Shown in pieces: positions 10,944-22,219 of a stretch of DNA of 64,000 nt. The notes below the pieces were generated by a model. It was not told where the DNA came from. It made no database searches and worked only from the letters and a program-made list of their open reading frames with translations. The position numbers were made by a program, and so were the translations under genes. Position 1 is the first letter of the stretch, and every line of letters begins with the position of its first letter. Origin of the DNA: an uncultured Gammaproteobacteria bacterium (lineage in GTDB: Bacteria > Pseudomonadota > Gammaproteobacteria > Arenicellales > CAJQKF01); assembly GCA_905478855.1 (NCBI GenBank), contig CAJQKF010000040.1, forward strand, positions 7,076 to 71,075, in the 5' to 3' direction.

Positions 10944-11851
10944 ATTCCCGCGTTACAAGCCAACAGTTTAATCGAGAGTACCTGCGTGGCGATCTGCGAG
11001 AGCAGGAACCTATGTCGGCTCATACCACATGGCGTGTTGGTGGAGCCGCCGACGTTTTTTATGTGCCGGCGGATAAAGATGATTTGGTTAACTTTCTGCG
11101 TTCAATGCCTACCGATATACCTGTGTTCTTTATTGGCCTGGGCTCGAATTTGTTGGTTCGAGATGGTGGTATTCGCGGTGTGGTGGTTAAGTGCCACAAA
11201 GGTCTTTCCAGCATGCAGGTTACCGAAGATAGAGAAATATATGTTGAGGCGGGTGTGGCATGTGCCCAGATCGCTCGATTTTGTAACCGTAATGGTTTTG
11301 TTGGTGCTGAGTTTTTTGCCGGAATTCCTGGATCCATGGGTGGGGCGTTGGCCATGAATGCAGGCGCTTTTGGTGGCGAGACTTGGAGTGTTGTGAAATC
11401 AGTAACGATGATTGATCGAGACGGAACTGTCAGTAGTTTTCAGGCAACTGATTTCGAGATTGGTTATCGAAGTGTTGCGACTTCCCCGGAACATTGGTTT
11501 CTATCGGCAAAACTTACCCTAGATAGTGGTGATCTTGATGAGAGTAAGTCGAAAGTATCCTCGTTATTGAAAGCGAGAGGTAGCTCTCAGCCGGTGCAAT
11601 CTGCGAATGCGGGTTCGGTTTTCAAGAACCCAGAATCGGATCACGCTGCTCGATTAATTGAACAATCAGGTTTGAAAGGAGCCAAGATTGGTGGCGCCCA
11701 AATTTCTGAAAAGCATGCCAATTTTATTGTAAATACCGGCCATGCAACTGCCTACGATATTGAACAACTCATAGCTTTTATAAAACTGGAAATAAAACAG
11801 CAATTTGATGTGAATTTGCAAACAGAGGTGCGTGTCGTTGGCGAACACTGA
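10937..11851 (+). CDS. murB: UDP-N-acetylenolpyruvoylglucosamine reductase MurB (short type)
   Basis: HTTWRVGG, GLGSNLLVRDGG, GIPGSMGG, MNAGA, AGSVFKNP, KHANFIVN. Confidence 0.97.
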   Translation: MLNSRVTSQQFNREYLRGDLREQEPMSAHTTWRVGGAADVFYVPADKDDLVNFLRSMPTDIPVFFIGLGSNLLVRDGGIRGVVVKCHKGLSSMQVTEDREIYVEAGVACAQIARFCNRNGFVGAEFFAGIPGSMGGALAMNAGAFGGETWSVVKSVTMIDRDGTVSSFQATDFEIGYRSVATSPEHWFLSAKLTLDSGDLDESKSKVSSLLKARGSSQPVQSANAGSVFKNPESDHAARLIEQSGLKGAKIGGAQISEKHANFIVNTGHATAYDIEQLIAFIKLEIKQQFDVNLQTEVRVVGEH

Positions 11852-11873
11852 AACTGAAGATCAGCAAGTCACT

Positions 11874-12638
11874 ATGAATAAGCCAAGGCGTGTGCCGATT
11901 CTTCTGGCTAGCAGTGCGATTTTTTTCAGTATGTTGCTGGTTGCTTTGGATCGATTGTTTCTGCCTGGTCGATTTTCGGTGAACGAGGTTGTTGTTGCAG
12001 GCTATGCCCCCGACGTCGATCCAGCACAAGTATTGGGTGCCGTTAAAGGCATGGGGCCGACGTCGTGGTTTTCTGTTGATCTGGCAGAGGTTGAACAAGT
12101 GGTTAAAACGGTACCTTGGGTTTACGGGGTTGAGGTGAGGAGGAAATGGCCTGGTAAGTTGATCGTTAATCTTTCTCAAGCCGATCCTGTTGCAAACTGG
12201 AATCGCGTCGAATGGTTAAACGCCGCAGGGGAAAAACTTGTGATGCCTGAAGCGTTTACTGATGATCGATTGCCACGACTTTTCGGGCCTATGGGGCGCC
12301 AACTCGATGTTCTGCGCACCGTAATTTCATTGACAGCGCATATGCCTGCAACTTGGCGTCTTGAGGAAGTGGCGCTAACAGATCGTGGCGTCTGGTCTGC
12401 AATGTTGAAAATATCCAATCTTCCGAATCTTATTACCGTGCGTTTGGGTAAGCAAGATCTTGAAAAAAGACTTAAGCGTTTAATTCAGGGTGTTGAACTC
12501 ATTCAGTCCGATGATTTAAAAAATTTCAGAGAATTTGATTTGCGATACCCAAACGGTTTTGCAGCGCGTTTTAACACAACCGCTAATGGTGGAAATATCG
12601 TTGGCAAGATTAAAAACCGTGATCGCCAGGATGGATAA
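11874..12638 (+). CDS. ftsQ: Cell division protein FtsQ
   Basis: TM segment, POTRA domain (PWV..VEVRRKWP), C-terminal DLRYPNGFA; ATG at 11874 preferred over the GTG at 11832 that overlaps murB. Confidence 0.9.
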   Translation: MNKPRRVPILLASSAIFFSMLLVALDRLFLPGRFSVNEVVVAGYAPDVDPAQVLGAVKGMGPTSWFSVDLAEVEQVVKTVPWVYGVEVRRKWPGKLIVNLSQADPVANWNRVEWLNAAGEKLVMPEAFTDDRLPRLFGPMGRQLDVLRTVISLTAHMPATWRLEEVALTDRGVWSAMLKISNLPNLITVRLGKQDLEKRLKRLIQGVELIQSDDLKNFREFDLRYPNGFAARFNTTANGGNIVGKIKNRDRQDG

Positions 12639-12665
12639 CACGAAAATGACAACTACAGCATATTC

Positions 12666-13901
12666 ATGAAAAAGACAGACGAAAATCTAATCATCGGTTT
12701 GGATATTGGAACCTCAAAAATTCTTGCAATAGTTGCAGAGGTTAAGGACGATGGCGCCGTCGAGATTATTGGAATCGGTCATCATCCCTCACGTGGTCTT
12801 AAGAAAGGAGTCGTAGCTAATATTGAGTCGACCGTTCAGTCCATAAGAAGGGCTGTGGAAGAAGCGGAGTTAATGGCTGGATGCCAAATTATGTCTGTGT
12901 ATGCAGGTATTGCCGGCTCTCATATCAGCAGCTTTAATTCTCATGGTGTGGTTGCCATTCGAGATAACGAGGTGAGCAAGAGTGACATGGAACGCGTTAT
13001 TGAGGCGGCACGAGCGTTAGCTATCCCGAATGATCAAAAGATCCTGCATATTTTGCCCCAAGACTTCATTATTGATGGGCAAGAAGGTATTCGTGAGCCC
13101 ATCGGCATGAGTGGTGTAAGGATGGAGGCAAAGGTACACATCATCACCGGAGCCGTGAGTGCAGCGCAAAATATTGTCAAATGTATACGTCGTTGTGGTT
13201 TGCAAGCGGACGACATCATCCTTGAGCAGTTAGCATCGAGCTATGCGGTGTTAGATGATGACGAGAAGGAGTTGGGCGTTTGCATGATAGATATTGGTGG
13301 TGGTACGTGTGATATCGCCATTTTTACGGAAGGTGCTATTCGCCACACTGCAGTGATCCCCATAGCTGGAGACCAGATTACTAACGATATTGCTGTTGCG
13401 CTGCGCACGCCTACACAGGCAGCAGAAGAAATTAAGAAAAAATACGGCTGTGCATTAACACAGCTAGCTCCTCATGGCGAAATGATTGATACCCCTAGTG
13501 TAGGTGATCGTGCTCCTCGAAAACTGGCGCGTTCTACTTTAGCAGAGGTGATCGAACCACGGGTTGAGGAACTTTATATGTTAGCCCAGGCTGAGCTGCG
13601 TCGCAGCGGCTATGAAGAGCTTATTGGCACCGGAATTGTTTTGACTGGCGGAAGCTCGAAAATGGAGGGCATGATAGAACTGGCTGAAGAGATTTTTCAT
13701 ATGCCGGTTCGTTTAGGTGTGCCCCAGTATGTGGGTGGTTTATCCGAAGTGGTCAGAAATCCCATTTATTCAACAGGTGTTGGACTGGTTTTGTTTGGAA
13801 GTGCCAACAGGCCGGGCGCTGAAGAGAACGAGGAAGTCGAAAAAGTAGGTATCAAAAATGTATTTGCACGTATGAAGTCCTGGTTTCAGGGTAATTTTTA
13901 G
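12666..13901 (+). CDS. ftsA: Cell division protein FtsA
   Basis: GLDIGTSK, DIGGGT, LTGG, C-terminal amphipathic helix (RMKSWFQGNF). Confidence 0.98.
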   Translation: MKKTDENLIIGLDIGTSKILAIVAEVKDDGAVEIIGIGHHPSRGLKKGVVANIESTVQSIRRAVEEAELMAGCQIMSVYAGIAGSHISSFNSHGVVAIRDNEVSKSDMERVIEAARALAIPNDQKILHILPQDFIIDGQEGIREPIGMSGVRMEAKVHIITGAVSAAQNIVKCIRRCGLQADDIILEQLASSYAVLDDDEKELGVCMIDIGGGTCDIAIFTEGAIRHTAVIPIAGDQITNDIAVALRTPTQAAEEIKKKYGCALTQLAPHGEMIDTPSVGDRAPRKLARSTLAEVIEPRVEELYMLAQAELRRSGYEELIGTGIVLTGGSSKMEGMIELAEEIFHMPVRLGVPQYVGGLSEVVRNPIYSTGVGLVLFGSANRPGAEENEEVEKVGIKNVFARMKSWFQGNF

Positions 13902-13992
13902 TAATGGCGTTGGAGAAAGTGACGTTGTAAGTCCAAGTCACAAAGTAGTTTTATTTCAATTAATGTAATTCACGAGGCAGTGGAGTTGTAAT

Positions 13993-15150
13993 ATGTTTGA
14001 ACTGGTAGAAACCGTAGGTCAACAGGCAGTCATCAAGGTAATTGGCATCGGAGGTGGAGGCGGTAATGCCGTAGACCACATGCTGTCAGCCAATCTTGAG
14101 GGTGTAGATTTTATTAACGCTAATACAGATTCTCAGGCCCTGCAACGCTCGGGGGTGTCGCGGCTGCTGCAGCTTGGCGAAGCCATGACAAAGGGGCTCG
14201 GTGCAGGCGCAAACCCAGAGATTGGGCGACAGGCAGCGTTGGAAGACCGTGATCGAATCTCGGAGATTCTTGACGACGCCGATATGGTGTTTCTGACCGC
14301 TGGCATGGGTGGTGGAACGGGTACTGGGGCCGCTCCGGTTGTTGCTGAGCTTGCACGTGAAAAAGGTATCTTGACCGTAGCCGTAGTTACTAAACCTTTT
14401 CCGTTTGAAGGTAAAAAGCGTATCGAAGCGGCTGAGCAAGGTATTGCAGAGTTGCGTCAATACGTTGATTCGCTCATCACGATTCCGAATGAAAAAGTTC
14501 TTAATGTGATGGGAAAACAGGCGACACTTCTAGATGCTTTTGCACGCGCCAATGAAGTTTTATTGAATGCCGTTCAGGGTATATCTGAGTTGATCACACG
14601 TCCGGGTTTAATAAACGTGGATTTCGCCGATGTTCGCACTGTGATGTCCGAAATGGGCGTCGCAATGATGGGTTCAGCAACGGCATCTGGTGAAGAACGT
14701 GCGCGAGAAGCAACACAGGCTGCTATTTCAAGTCCGCTGCTGGAAGATATTGATATTCATGGCGCTAAAGGCATACTAGTGAACGTTACGGCCGGCATGG
14801 ATATGTCGATTGGAGAATTCTCCGAGGTTGGTGACATAGTTAATGAGTTTGCATCGGAGGATGCTACGGTTGTTATTGGCACCGTGCTTGATCCGGATCT
14901 AGAAGGTGAGCTTCGTGTTACTATGGTTGCCACAGGAATTGGTGAGGCTCCCGTTGTTCGTAAGACCGCTCGACCAACTGTTGTGCATTCAAATGCCCCG
15001 GAACGAGAGAGTATAGATCGTTCTGAGCAACCTGCTGTGATACGCAGTCAGCGCGCAATGGGTGGCGGATCTGCGGCGATTGCCCATGCAGAAACACCGG
15101 ATATGGATTATCTTGATATACCTGCATTCCTTCGCAGGCAAGCTGACTAG
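13993..15150 (+). CDS. ftsZ: Cell division protein FtsZ
   Basis: GGGGGNA, GMGGGTGTG tubulin signature, INVDFADV, C-terminal DIPAFLRRQAD. Confidence 0.99.
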   Translation: MFELVETVGQQAVIKVIGIGGGGGNAVDHMLSANLEGVDFINANTDSQALQRSGVSRLLQLGEAMTKGLGAGANPEIGRQAALEDRDRISEILDDADMVFLTAGMGGGTGTGAAPVVAELAREKGILTVAVVTKPFPFEGKKRIEAAEQGIAELRQYVDSLITIPNEKVLNVMGKQATLLDAFARANEVLLNAVQGISELITRPGLINVDFADVRTVMSEMGVAMMGSATASGEERAREATQAAISSPLLEDIDIHGAKGILVNVTAGMDMSIGEFSEVGDIVNEFASEDATVVIGTVLDPDLEGELRVTMVATGIGEAPVVRKTARPTVVHSNAPERESIDRSEQPAVIRSQRAMGGGSAAIAHAETPDMDYLDIPAFLRRQAD

Positions 15151-15160
15151 TTCAATTTTG

Positions 15161-15206
15161 CAGGACATCGCTTTTTGCCTCAAGCGGTGTCCTGACTTGT
15201 TTTTTT
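15161..15206 (+). terminator. Probable intrinsic terminator after ftsZ
   Basis: Stem CAGGACATCGCT / AGCGGTGTCCTG (one G-U pair) starting 11 nt after the stop, followed by ACTTGTTTTTTT. Confidence 0.65.
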
Positions 15207-15399
15207 GCAAGAATGAGCGTGTATTTAGCAGATAACCCGTTCAAATTGCCCATTTTGAAGGTGATTTTCCGTCAAACGGTACACAAATGGAGCATTCTGG
15301 TGTACGATTCGAAACCGTTTAGGGAGCTACTACTGGTGTCCTTCCAGTTAGCTTTGCTCCACTCATAAAAATAGGACAATAGCGGGCAAATCTCTCAAT

Positions 15400-16308
15400 A
15401 TGATTAGGCAGCGAACTTTAAAAAATGCGATTCGTGCAACCGGTGTCGGTCTGCATACCGGAGAAAAAGTTTACCTGACCTTAAGGCCTGCGCCGGTTGA
15501 CACCGGCATCGTGTTTCGAAGAATCGACCTTGATCCCGTAGTAGATGTCCCGGCGAAGCCAGAATTTGTTGGTGATACACGAATGTCGACTACTATTCAA
15601 AATGGTGATGTAAAGATTTCTACCGTTGAACATCTAATGTCGGCTTTCGCGGGAATTGGAATTGATAATGCGTTTGTTGATTTAACGGCACCTGAAGTCC
15701 CGATTATGGATGGCAGTGCAGGTCCTTTTGTATTTTTACTTCAATCCGCCGGTATTGCCGAACAACATCTTCCAAAGCAATTCATTCGCGTTAAGAAGAC
15801 AGTTGAGCTGAGAGAAGACGATAAATGGGTGCGCTTTGAGCCATTTAACGGCTTTAAGGTTTCCTTTACAATTGATTTTAATCATCCAATTTTTCAAGCC
15901 TCCACACAATTTGCCTCGGTAGATTTCTCGACAACATCATTTGTAAAAGAAGTTAGTCGCGCACGTACATTTGGCTTTTTGCAAGATCTCGAAACGTTAC
16001 GGGATGCTGGCCTAGCTCGCGGAGGTAGTCTAGATAACGCAATCGTGATGGATGCGTTTCATATCCTCAACGAAGATGGTCTCCGGTACGAGGATGAATT
16101 TGTAAAACATAAAGTGTTGGATGCTATAGGCGATTTGTATTTACTTGGACATCCATTGATTGGTGCGTTTAGTGCGCATAAGTCTGGACATGAATTAAAC
16201 AATCGACTTCTGCGAGCCATTGTTGCTGATCAGGATGCGTGGGAATTGGTTACCTTTGAGGATGCTGAAGTTGCGCCAATTATCTTCACCAGCCCAGTTG
16301 CAGCATAA
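15400..16308 (+). CDS. lpxC: UDP-3-O-acyl-GlcNAc deacetylase LpxC
   Basis: [35 protein letters not shown]. Confidence 0.98.
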   Translation: MIRQRTLKNAIRATGVGLHTGEKVYLTLRPAPVDTGIVFRRIDLDPVVDVPAKPEFVGDTRMSTTIQNGDVKISTVEHLMSAFAGIGIDNAFVDLTAPEVPIMDGSAGPFVFLLQSAGIAEQHLPKQFIRVKKTVELREDDKWVRFEPFNGFKVSFTIDFNHPIFQASTQFASVDFSTTSFVKEVSRARTFGFLQDLETLRDAGLARGGSLDNAIVMDAFHILNEDGLRYEDEFVKHKVLDAIGDLYLLGHPLIGAFSAHKSGHELNNRLLRAIVADQDAWELVTFEDAEVAPIIFTSPVAA

Positions 16309-16672
16309 GCTGTTTGCTTTTTTTTGATCAATTAACAGACTTCGGGCCAAGATTGTCAAGTTGCCGCGCCCTGCGGTAAATGCTGTCTGTGCTATTCACT
16401 TTTTCTCCGCTAAATTTTATCGAGATATCACCCTTAGTGTCCCTTATTGGGAGTCTAAACTAGCGGGTGTTAAAGTCGATCTTAACGCCTATTCGGGCCT
16501 GCTAGGATCGGTTGATCGTCTGAATTTTAGGCAAAGCATTAATTCAATAAATATAATCCTTTCATCTTCGCTATGAATTAGCAATGTAATGATGAAAGTG
16601 CTTGCCGATTCGCATAAAATCAATTAAAGCATTATTTTTTTACTAACTCTCATTATTTATTGGAGCTGTTTC

Positions 16673-19183
16673 TTGGAAACTACCTATTCACCGCGTTTAA
16701 TTGAAGAGCAATCGCAGAACTTTTGGGAAGAGAACCGTAGTTTTGAAGTGACCGAGGATCCAACTAAAGAAAAGTACTATTGCCTATCTATGTTCCCCTA
16801 TCCGTCTGGACAATTGCATATGGGGCACGTGAGAAATTACACCATAGGTGATGTAATAAGTAGATACCAGCGTATGCAGGGTAAAAACGTATTACAGCCT
16901 ATGGGCTGGGATGCCTTTGGCCTACCTGCCGAAAATGCTGCAATAAAGAATAAAGTTCCTCCTGCTAAATGGACTTATAAAAATATTGCTTACATGAAAG
17001 GCCAGCTGAAACGGTTAGGTTTTGGTTATGATTGGAGTAGGGAGGTGGCAACCTGTACACCCGAATACTACAAATTTGAGCAATGGTTTTTTACCCGATT
17101 ATTAGAACGTGGATTGGCGTATCGAAAGATGGCCACGGTTAATTGGGACCCTGTCGACGAAACGGTTCTTGCAAACGAGCAGGTTATTGATGGCCGGGGT
17201 TGGCGTTCAGGGGCCGTCGTGGAACGTAAGGATATTCCCCAATGGTTTTTGAAGATTACATCTTATGCTGACGAACTTTTAAATTGTGTTGATGAGTTGG
17301 ATGGGTGGCCTGAGTCGGTTAGAACGATGCAACGCAATTGGATTGGCAAGAGCTTGGGTGTTGAAGTTCAGTTTTTACTTGACGATATCGATCAGCTGGA
17401 TGATCTGGACGCATTAACTGTGTACACCACTCGCGCCGACACCTTACTTGGTGTTACTTATGTAGCGGTTGCGGCTGAGCATCCTTTGGCCTTGCAGGCG
17501 GCAGAAGGGAGTCTGGAGCTGAAAGAATTTCTCTCCGTGTGTCGTCAGACCGGTTCAGCCGAAGCCGATATAGAGCGAACTGAGAAACTGGGAAAACCGT
17601 TAGGTATTGATGTTACCCACCCGTTAACCGGTGAGCGAATACCTGTGTGGGTTGCTAATTTTGTTTTAATGGGCTACGGAACAGGTGCAGTGATGGCTGT
17701 GCCTGGGCATGATCAACGTGATTACGAATTTGCACAGAAGTATGGTATTGAAATTCGACAGGTTATCAAGCCTGAGGATGGCTCTGATGCCGGAATTGGC
17801 AAGGCCGCCTATACGGATTATGGAATACTGGTGAATTCGGGGCAGTATGACGGTCTCGGATTTGATCAGGCGATTGAGGCTATTGCGTCGGAGTTGGAGT
17901 CTACATCTAGAGGGCAGCGACAAACCAATTATCGATTGCGGGATTGGGGCGTATCGAGACAACGTTACTGGGGTTGTCCGATTCCGGTTGTGTATGATGA
18001 TGAAACGGGCGAAAGTAGTGGTGCCCGGGTGGAGGATATTCCGGTATTGCTGCCTGAAAACGTTGAATTGCAAGGTACTGGGTCACCTCTGCCATCTATG
18101 CCGTCATTTTTGCATGCAGAGTTGCCTGATGGAAAAATAGGGCGAAGGGAAACAGATACGTTTGATACCTTCTTCGAGTCTTCGTGGTACTACGCTCGGT
18201 TTTGCTGTCCAGGTGCGACAACTATGCTTGATGGACGTGCGGATTACTGGCTGCCTGTAGACCAGTATGTCGGGGGAATTGAGCATGCCGTCCTTCATTT
18301 ACTCTATGCGCGTTTTTTCCATAAACTGATGCGGGATGAAGGGCTATTAAGTAGCGACGAACCTTTTACCAATCTCCTTACTCAGGGTATGGTGCTGAAA
18401 GATGGCACAAAAATGTCCAAGTCGAAAGGTAATACGGTTGATCCTCAGGATATGATTGATCAATACGGTGCGGATACGGTGCGTCTATTTGCAATGTTTG
18501 CAGCACCACCAGATCAATCCCTTGAGTGGAACAATGATGCGGTTGCGGGTTCCTCGCGGTTTTTAAGACGACTTTATGATTTAGTTTATCGTCAGCACAA
18601 CACTGTTTCGCGATGTGCCACTACATCTGCTGATTTTGAGGCTCGCCTCGCTGCTGTAGACGATGCCAAATGTAAAGCGCTTCGATCTGATTTGCATTTG
18701 CTACTTGAGAGAATTCATCGCGATTATGCACGTAACCAATTTAACACTGTTGTAGCGGCGGCTATGGAAATGTTGAATTTATTGGAGAAGTTTGATGATC
18801 GGCGTGAGATTCGTATTGAGGATGACCCCGATTTACAGCGTTCCATGATTGTCAGTGAAGGAATCTTGATTTTATTGAGAATTTTGGCGCCTATTGCTCC
18901 GCATATTTCACATGTATTGTGGGCGGGTCTCGGGCAATCTGGCATCGTTTTAGATGCGAATTGGCCTCTAGTTGATTTCTCGGCACAGGTTAAAGATGAG
19001 ATAAGTTTAGTTATACAGGTGAATGGTAAAAAACGAGCTGAAATTGTTATTCCCGCTGATGCGAGTGACGATATTATCCGGAATACAGCTCTAAGTGACC
19101 CTGGTGTTATCCGAAACATGGATGGCAAAGCTTCAAGAAAGATCATTATTGTGCCTAAACGTTTGGTGAATATTGTTGTTTAA
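16673..19183 (+). CDS. leuS: Leucine--tRNA ligase
   Basis: MFPYPSG.LHMGH (HIGH-type), KMSKS, CP1 editing motif GTGAVMAVP; TTG start preceded by GGAG. Confidence 0.98.
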   Translation: METTYSPRLIEEQSQNFWEENRSFEVTEDPTKEKYYCLSMFPYPSGQLHMGHVRNYTIGDVISRYQRMQGKNVLQPMGWDAFGLPAENAAIKNKVPPAKWTYKNIAYMKGQLKRLGFGYDWSREVATCTPEYYKFEQWFFTRLLERGLAYRKMATVNWDPVDETVLANEQVIDGRGWRSGAVVERKDIPQWFLKITSYADELLNCVDELDGWPESVRTMQRNWIGKSLGVEVQFLLDDIDQLDDLDALTVYTTRADTLLGVTYVAVAAEHPLALQAAEGSLELKEFLSVCRQTGSAEADIERTEKLGKPLGIDVTHPLTGERIPVWVANFVLMGYGTGAVMAVPGHDQRDYEFAQKYGIEIRQVIKPEDGSDAGIGKAAYTDYGILVNSGQYDGLGFDQAIEAIASELESTSRGQRQTNYRLRDWGVSRQRYWGCPIPVVYDDETGESSGARVEDIPVLLPENVELQGTGSPLPSMPSFLHAELPDGKIGRRETDTFDTFFESSWYYARFCCPGATTMLDGRADYWLPVDQYVGGIEHAVLHLLYARFFHKLMRDEGLLSSDEPFTNLLTQGMVLKDGTKMSKSKGNTVDPQDMIDQYGADTVRLFAMFAAPPDQSLEWNNDAVAGSSRFLRRLYDLVYRQHNTVSRCATTSADFEARLAAVDDAKCKALRSDLHLLLERIHRDYARNQFNTVVAAAMEMLNLLEKFDDRREIRIEDDPDLQRSMIVSEGILILLRILAPIAPHISHVLWAGLGQSGIVLDANWPLVDFSAQVKDEISLVIQVNGKKRAEIVIPADASDDIIRNTALSDPGVIRNMDGKASRKIIIVPKRLVNIVV

Positions 19184-19345
19184 GGCCATTAATCGATTAA
19201 ATATTCGCTGTGGTCGGATGTAAATTTCGTTTTTTACGGAATTGTTTGCGTTTCGCGGGTACGCGATGGGTGTGAATTGCGTATAATTCCTACATAAGCT
19301 TTTACAACGTAAAATAGTACAACATTCAGAAATTCAGGTATAGAA

Positions 19346-19825
19346 ATGCGAAAACTAGCATTGATGGTGATTGTAGGTTCAAGTCTGCTACTGCAGGGTT
19401 GCGGTTTTCATTTGCGCGGAACGGTAACGCTTCCTGAGGTTGCGTCCAATGTCTATGTTAGTGGTAACGACTTTGATTTAGTGACGGATCTTAAAGATGG
19501 GCTCGATACTAACGGAGCGCGTATTAACGAAAGTGAGACAGCTGCAGATTCCAGTATTATTATTGAATCCGAGTTTCAACGAAAAATCAGAACACTTGAT
19601 AATCGGGGAATCGCGAGCGCATATAGATTGTTCTATCGAGCACGATTTATTCTGACTGATTCAGAAGGGCAAGTAATTCATACTAGTGGTGTATTGACCC
19701 AGCGTAGAGATTTTGAATACAGTGCTTCAGAAATCCTTGAAAAAGATGACGAGGAAGAGTTTTTGCGAGAGGGAATGCGTAAAGAGCTAGTGCAGAACAT
19801 ACTTCGTCAAATTTCCAAACTGTAA
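19346..19825 (+). CDS. lptE: LPS assembly lipoprotein LptE
   Basis: Lipobox LLQG-C followed by GFHLRG; conserved leuS-lptE-holA order. Confidence 0.92.
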   Translation: MRKLALMVIVGSSLLLQGCGFHLRGTVTLPEVASNVYVSGNDFDLVTDLKDGLDTNGARINESETAADSSIIIESEFQRKIRTLDNRGIASAYRLFYRARFILTDSEGQVIHTSGVLTQRRDFEYSASEILEKDDEEEFLREGMRKELVQNILRQISKL

Positions 19826-19849
19826 GTAAGAGTCAGAAAATTTACGGCT

Positions 19850-20899
19850 ATGGAGTGGAATGTCGCGCAACTTGAGCGACAGTTGAGTCAAACGAGTAAC
19901 ACGCGTTGTTTCTTGATTCATGGTGAAGAGACGCTGCTCGTTGAGGAAAGTCGGGATGTTCTACGTCAGCATTTTGCCAATATTGGATTTGGTGATTTAA
20001 ATCGATTAACGGTTGAAGCCGGGTTTGATTGGTCTTCATTTTCCCAAAGCAATCACACTATGTCGTTATTTGCTGAACGTCGTTATGTTGAATTGCGAAT
20101 TCCTTCAGGAAAACCAGGAGATAAGGGTGCAACCCTTATCGCTGAGTTTGCACAAGCTGCATCACCCGACACAGTGTTAGTGGTCATTTGTGGCAAATTA
20201 GATAAGAAAGCTTTGGCAAATAAATGGTGTGGCGCCATTCGCGAAGCAGGTGTAGTCGTTGATACAGGATCAGTCAGTTCATCACGACTTCCTGGGTGGG
20301 TGCAGTCACGACTGAAACAACACGGAATAGATGCCGAACTAGATGTGGCCAGCAGATTGGCATGGTATGTGGAAGGTAATTTACTAGCTGCAGACCAAGA
20401 AATCCGAAAACTCGCGTTAGTTCATCCTACTGGTCAATCGTTAGATGTGGAAACACTCGATGGGGTGATGGCAGACCAGTCCCGGTTTAGTGTGTTTACT
20501 CTGTCTGATGCATGTTTGGCGGGTAAAACGAAACGTTGTTTACGCATACTGCAAAACCTTAAAAAAGAAGGTGTAGAACCCATATTGGTTTTATGGGCGT
20601 TGACTCGAGAAGTACGCACTCTTGGCATGATTGCCGCTGAAGTGAAGCTTGGGCAAGCCATGTCTGAGTCATTTAAACGTCATCGTGTATGGTCAAGCCG
20701 GACACAAATGGTAAGCGCAGCGCTAAAGCGCTTGTCCACTGATTTTTTACAGATTGCGTTACAGAGGTTGGCGATACTGGATCGTGTTATAAAAGGCCAA
20801 CAGAAACTTGATGATGGTCCAGGAGATGTCTGGGTCGAGTTCGAGAGACTGGTGTTGGGTCTATGCGGTATTAATCTTTATTCCGCCGATTGCCGTTAG
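19850..20899 (+). CDS. holA: DNA polymerase III delta subunit
   Basis: HGEE.LL, MSLFAERR, EGNLLAA.QEI.KL; synteny. Confidence 0.93.
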   Translation: MEWNVAQLERQLSQTSNTRCFLIHGEETLLVEESRDVLRQHFANIGFGDLNRLTVEAGFDWSSFSQSNHTMSLFAERRYVELRIPSGKPGDKGATLIAEFAQAASPDTVLVVICGKLDKKALANKWCGAIREAGVVVDTGSVSSSRLPGWVQSRLKQHGIDAELDVASRLAWYVEGNLLAADQEIRKLALVHPTGQSLDVETLDGVMADQSRFSVFTLSDACLAGKTKRCLRILQNLKKEGVEPILVLWALTREVRTLGMIAAEVKLGQAMSESFKRHRVWSSRTQMVSAALKRLSTDFLQIALQRLAILDRVIKGQQKLDDGPGDVWVEFERLVLGLCGINLYSADCR

Positions 20900-20920
20900 A
20901 AGATTTTATAAGATATTACT

Positions 20921-22189
20921 ATGACTCATATCGACTCCATTTCCGAGTACGTTCACACATGCGGCAAACATGCCCGCAGAATCTCTCGTGTATTGTCTTG
21001 TGCAAAAACGGCACAAAAAAATCAGGCGTTGGAAAACATTGCTAGCCACTTGGAAAGTCAAATTCAGAAAATTATCCATGCGAATGGCCAAGATTTGCAA
21101 TCTGGTAAACAAAAAGGGTTATCGGAAGCATTGTTGGATCGTTTAGAGTTAGACTCTAATCGAATAATGTCGATGGCTAGCGGTTTGCGCGATATCGCTG
21201 CTTTGCCAGATCCGGTAGGTCAAATCAGCGGGCTTCAGCAACGTCCTTCGGGCATTCGTGTTGGCAAAATGCGTGTTCCCATTGGTGTTATTTTTATTAT
21301 TTATGAGTCACGCCCAAATGTGACCGCAGACGCTGCCGCATTGTGTTTGAAATCGGGCAATGCGGTTATTTTGCGTGGTGGATCTGAAGCGATTAATTCT
21401 AATTTAGCTATTGCAGAGTCTATTCAATATGGCCTTAAACAAGCTGGTTTATCAGAACATGTTATTCAGGTTTTGAATACTACGGATCGTGATGCTGTTG
21501 GACAATTAGTAAAGTTGCCTGAATATATAGATGTTGTTATACCGCGTGGTGGCCGTTCCTTAATTGAGCGAATTAGTGCCGATTCTGATGTTCCGGTAAT
21601 TAAACACTTAGATGGAATTTGCCATGTTTACATTGATGACGATGCGGATATAGATAAGGCGATTGCGGTCGCTTACAATGCGAAAACACGAAGATATGGT
21701 ATTTGTGGTGCGATGGAAACATTGTTGGTGGCCGCATCCGTCGTTGAGCAAGTACTACCAGAGCTGTGTCGGCAATATCAGCAAAAAGGGGTTGAGCTTC
21801 GCGGTTGTGAAAAAACTCGAAAACTTATCGATAACGTTGTTTTGGCAACTGATAGTGATTGGGCTAGTGAGTATTTAGCTCCAATTTTGTCAATCAAAGT
21901 CGTTGCTGGATTAGATGAAGCGATTGAACACATCAGCAAGTGGGGTTCTGCTCACACCGACTCGATAATTACAGAAAATATTAGCAATGCGGACAAGTTT
22001 GTATCTCAGGTAGATTCAAGCTCAGTAATGGTAAATGCTTCAACCCAATTTGCAGACGGCTTTGAATACGGGCTTGGCGCAGAAATCGGAATAAGTACAA
22101 ACAAGTTACATGTGCGTGGCCCCGTAGGTCTGGAAGGATTGACCACCGAGAAGTTCGTGGTTTATGGCGACGGTAGTGTGCGTGATTAG
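20921..22189 (+). CDS. proA: Gamma-glutamyl phosphate reductase
   Basis: [43 protein letters not shown]. Confidence 0.97.
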   Translation: MTHIDSISEYVHTCGKHARRISRVLSCAKTAQKNQALENIASHLESQIQKIIHANGQDLQSGKQKGLSEALLDRLELDSNRIMSMASGLRDIAALPDPVGQISGLQQRPSGIRVGKMRVPIGVIFIIYESRPNVTADAAALCLKSGNAVILRGGSEAINSNLAIAESIQYGLKQAGLSEHVIQVLNTTDRDAVGQLVKLPEYIDVVIPRGGRSLIERISADSDVPVIKHLDGICHVYIDDDADIDKAIAVAYNAKTRRYGICGAMETLLVAASVVEQVLPELCRQYQQKGVELRGCEKTRKLIDNVVLATDSDWASEYLAPILSIKVVAGLDEAIEHISKWGSAHTDSIITENISNADKFVSQVDSSSVMVNASTQFADGFEYGLGAEIGISTNKLHVRGPVGLEGLTTEKFVVYGDGSVRD

Positions 22190-22219
22190 TTCGATGAGAA
22201 GCTAAAGGCGTTTGTCACA

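Noticed and set aside
16361-16576. 71-aa plus-strand ORF between lpxC and leuS
   Set aside because: TTG start without a clear SD and no recognisable domain; cannot be supported
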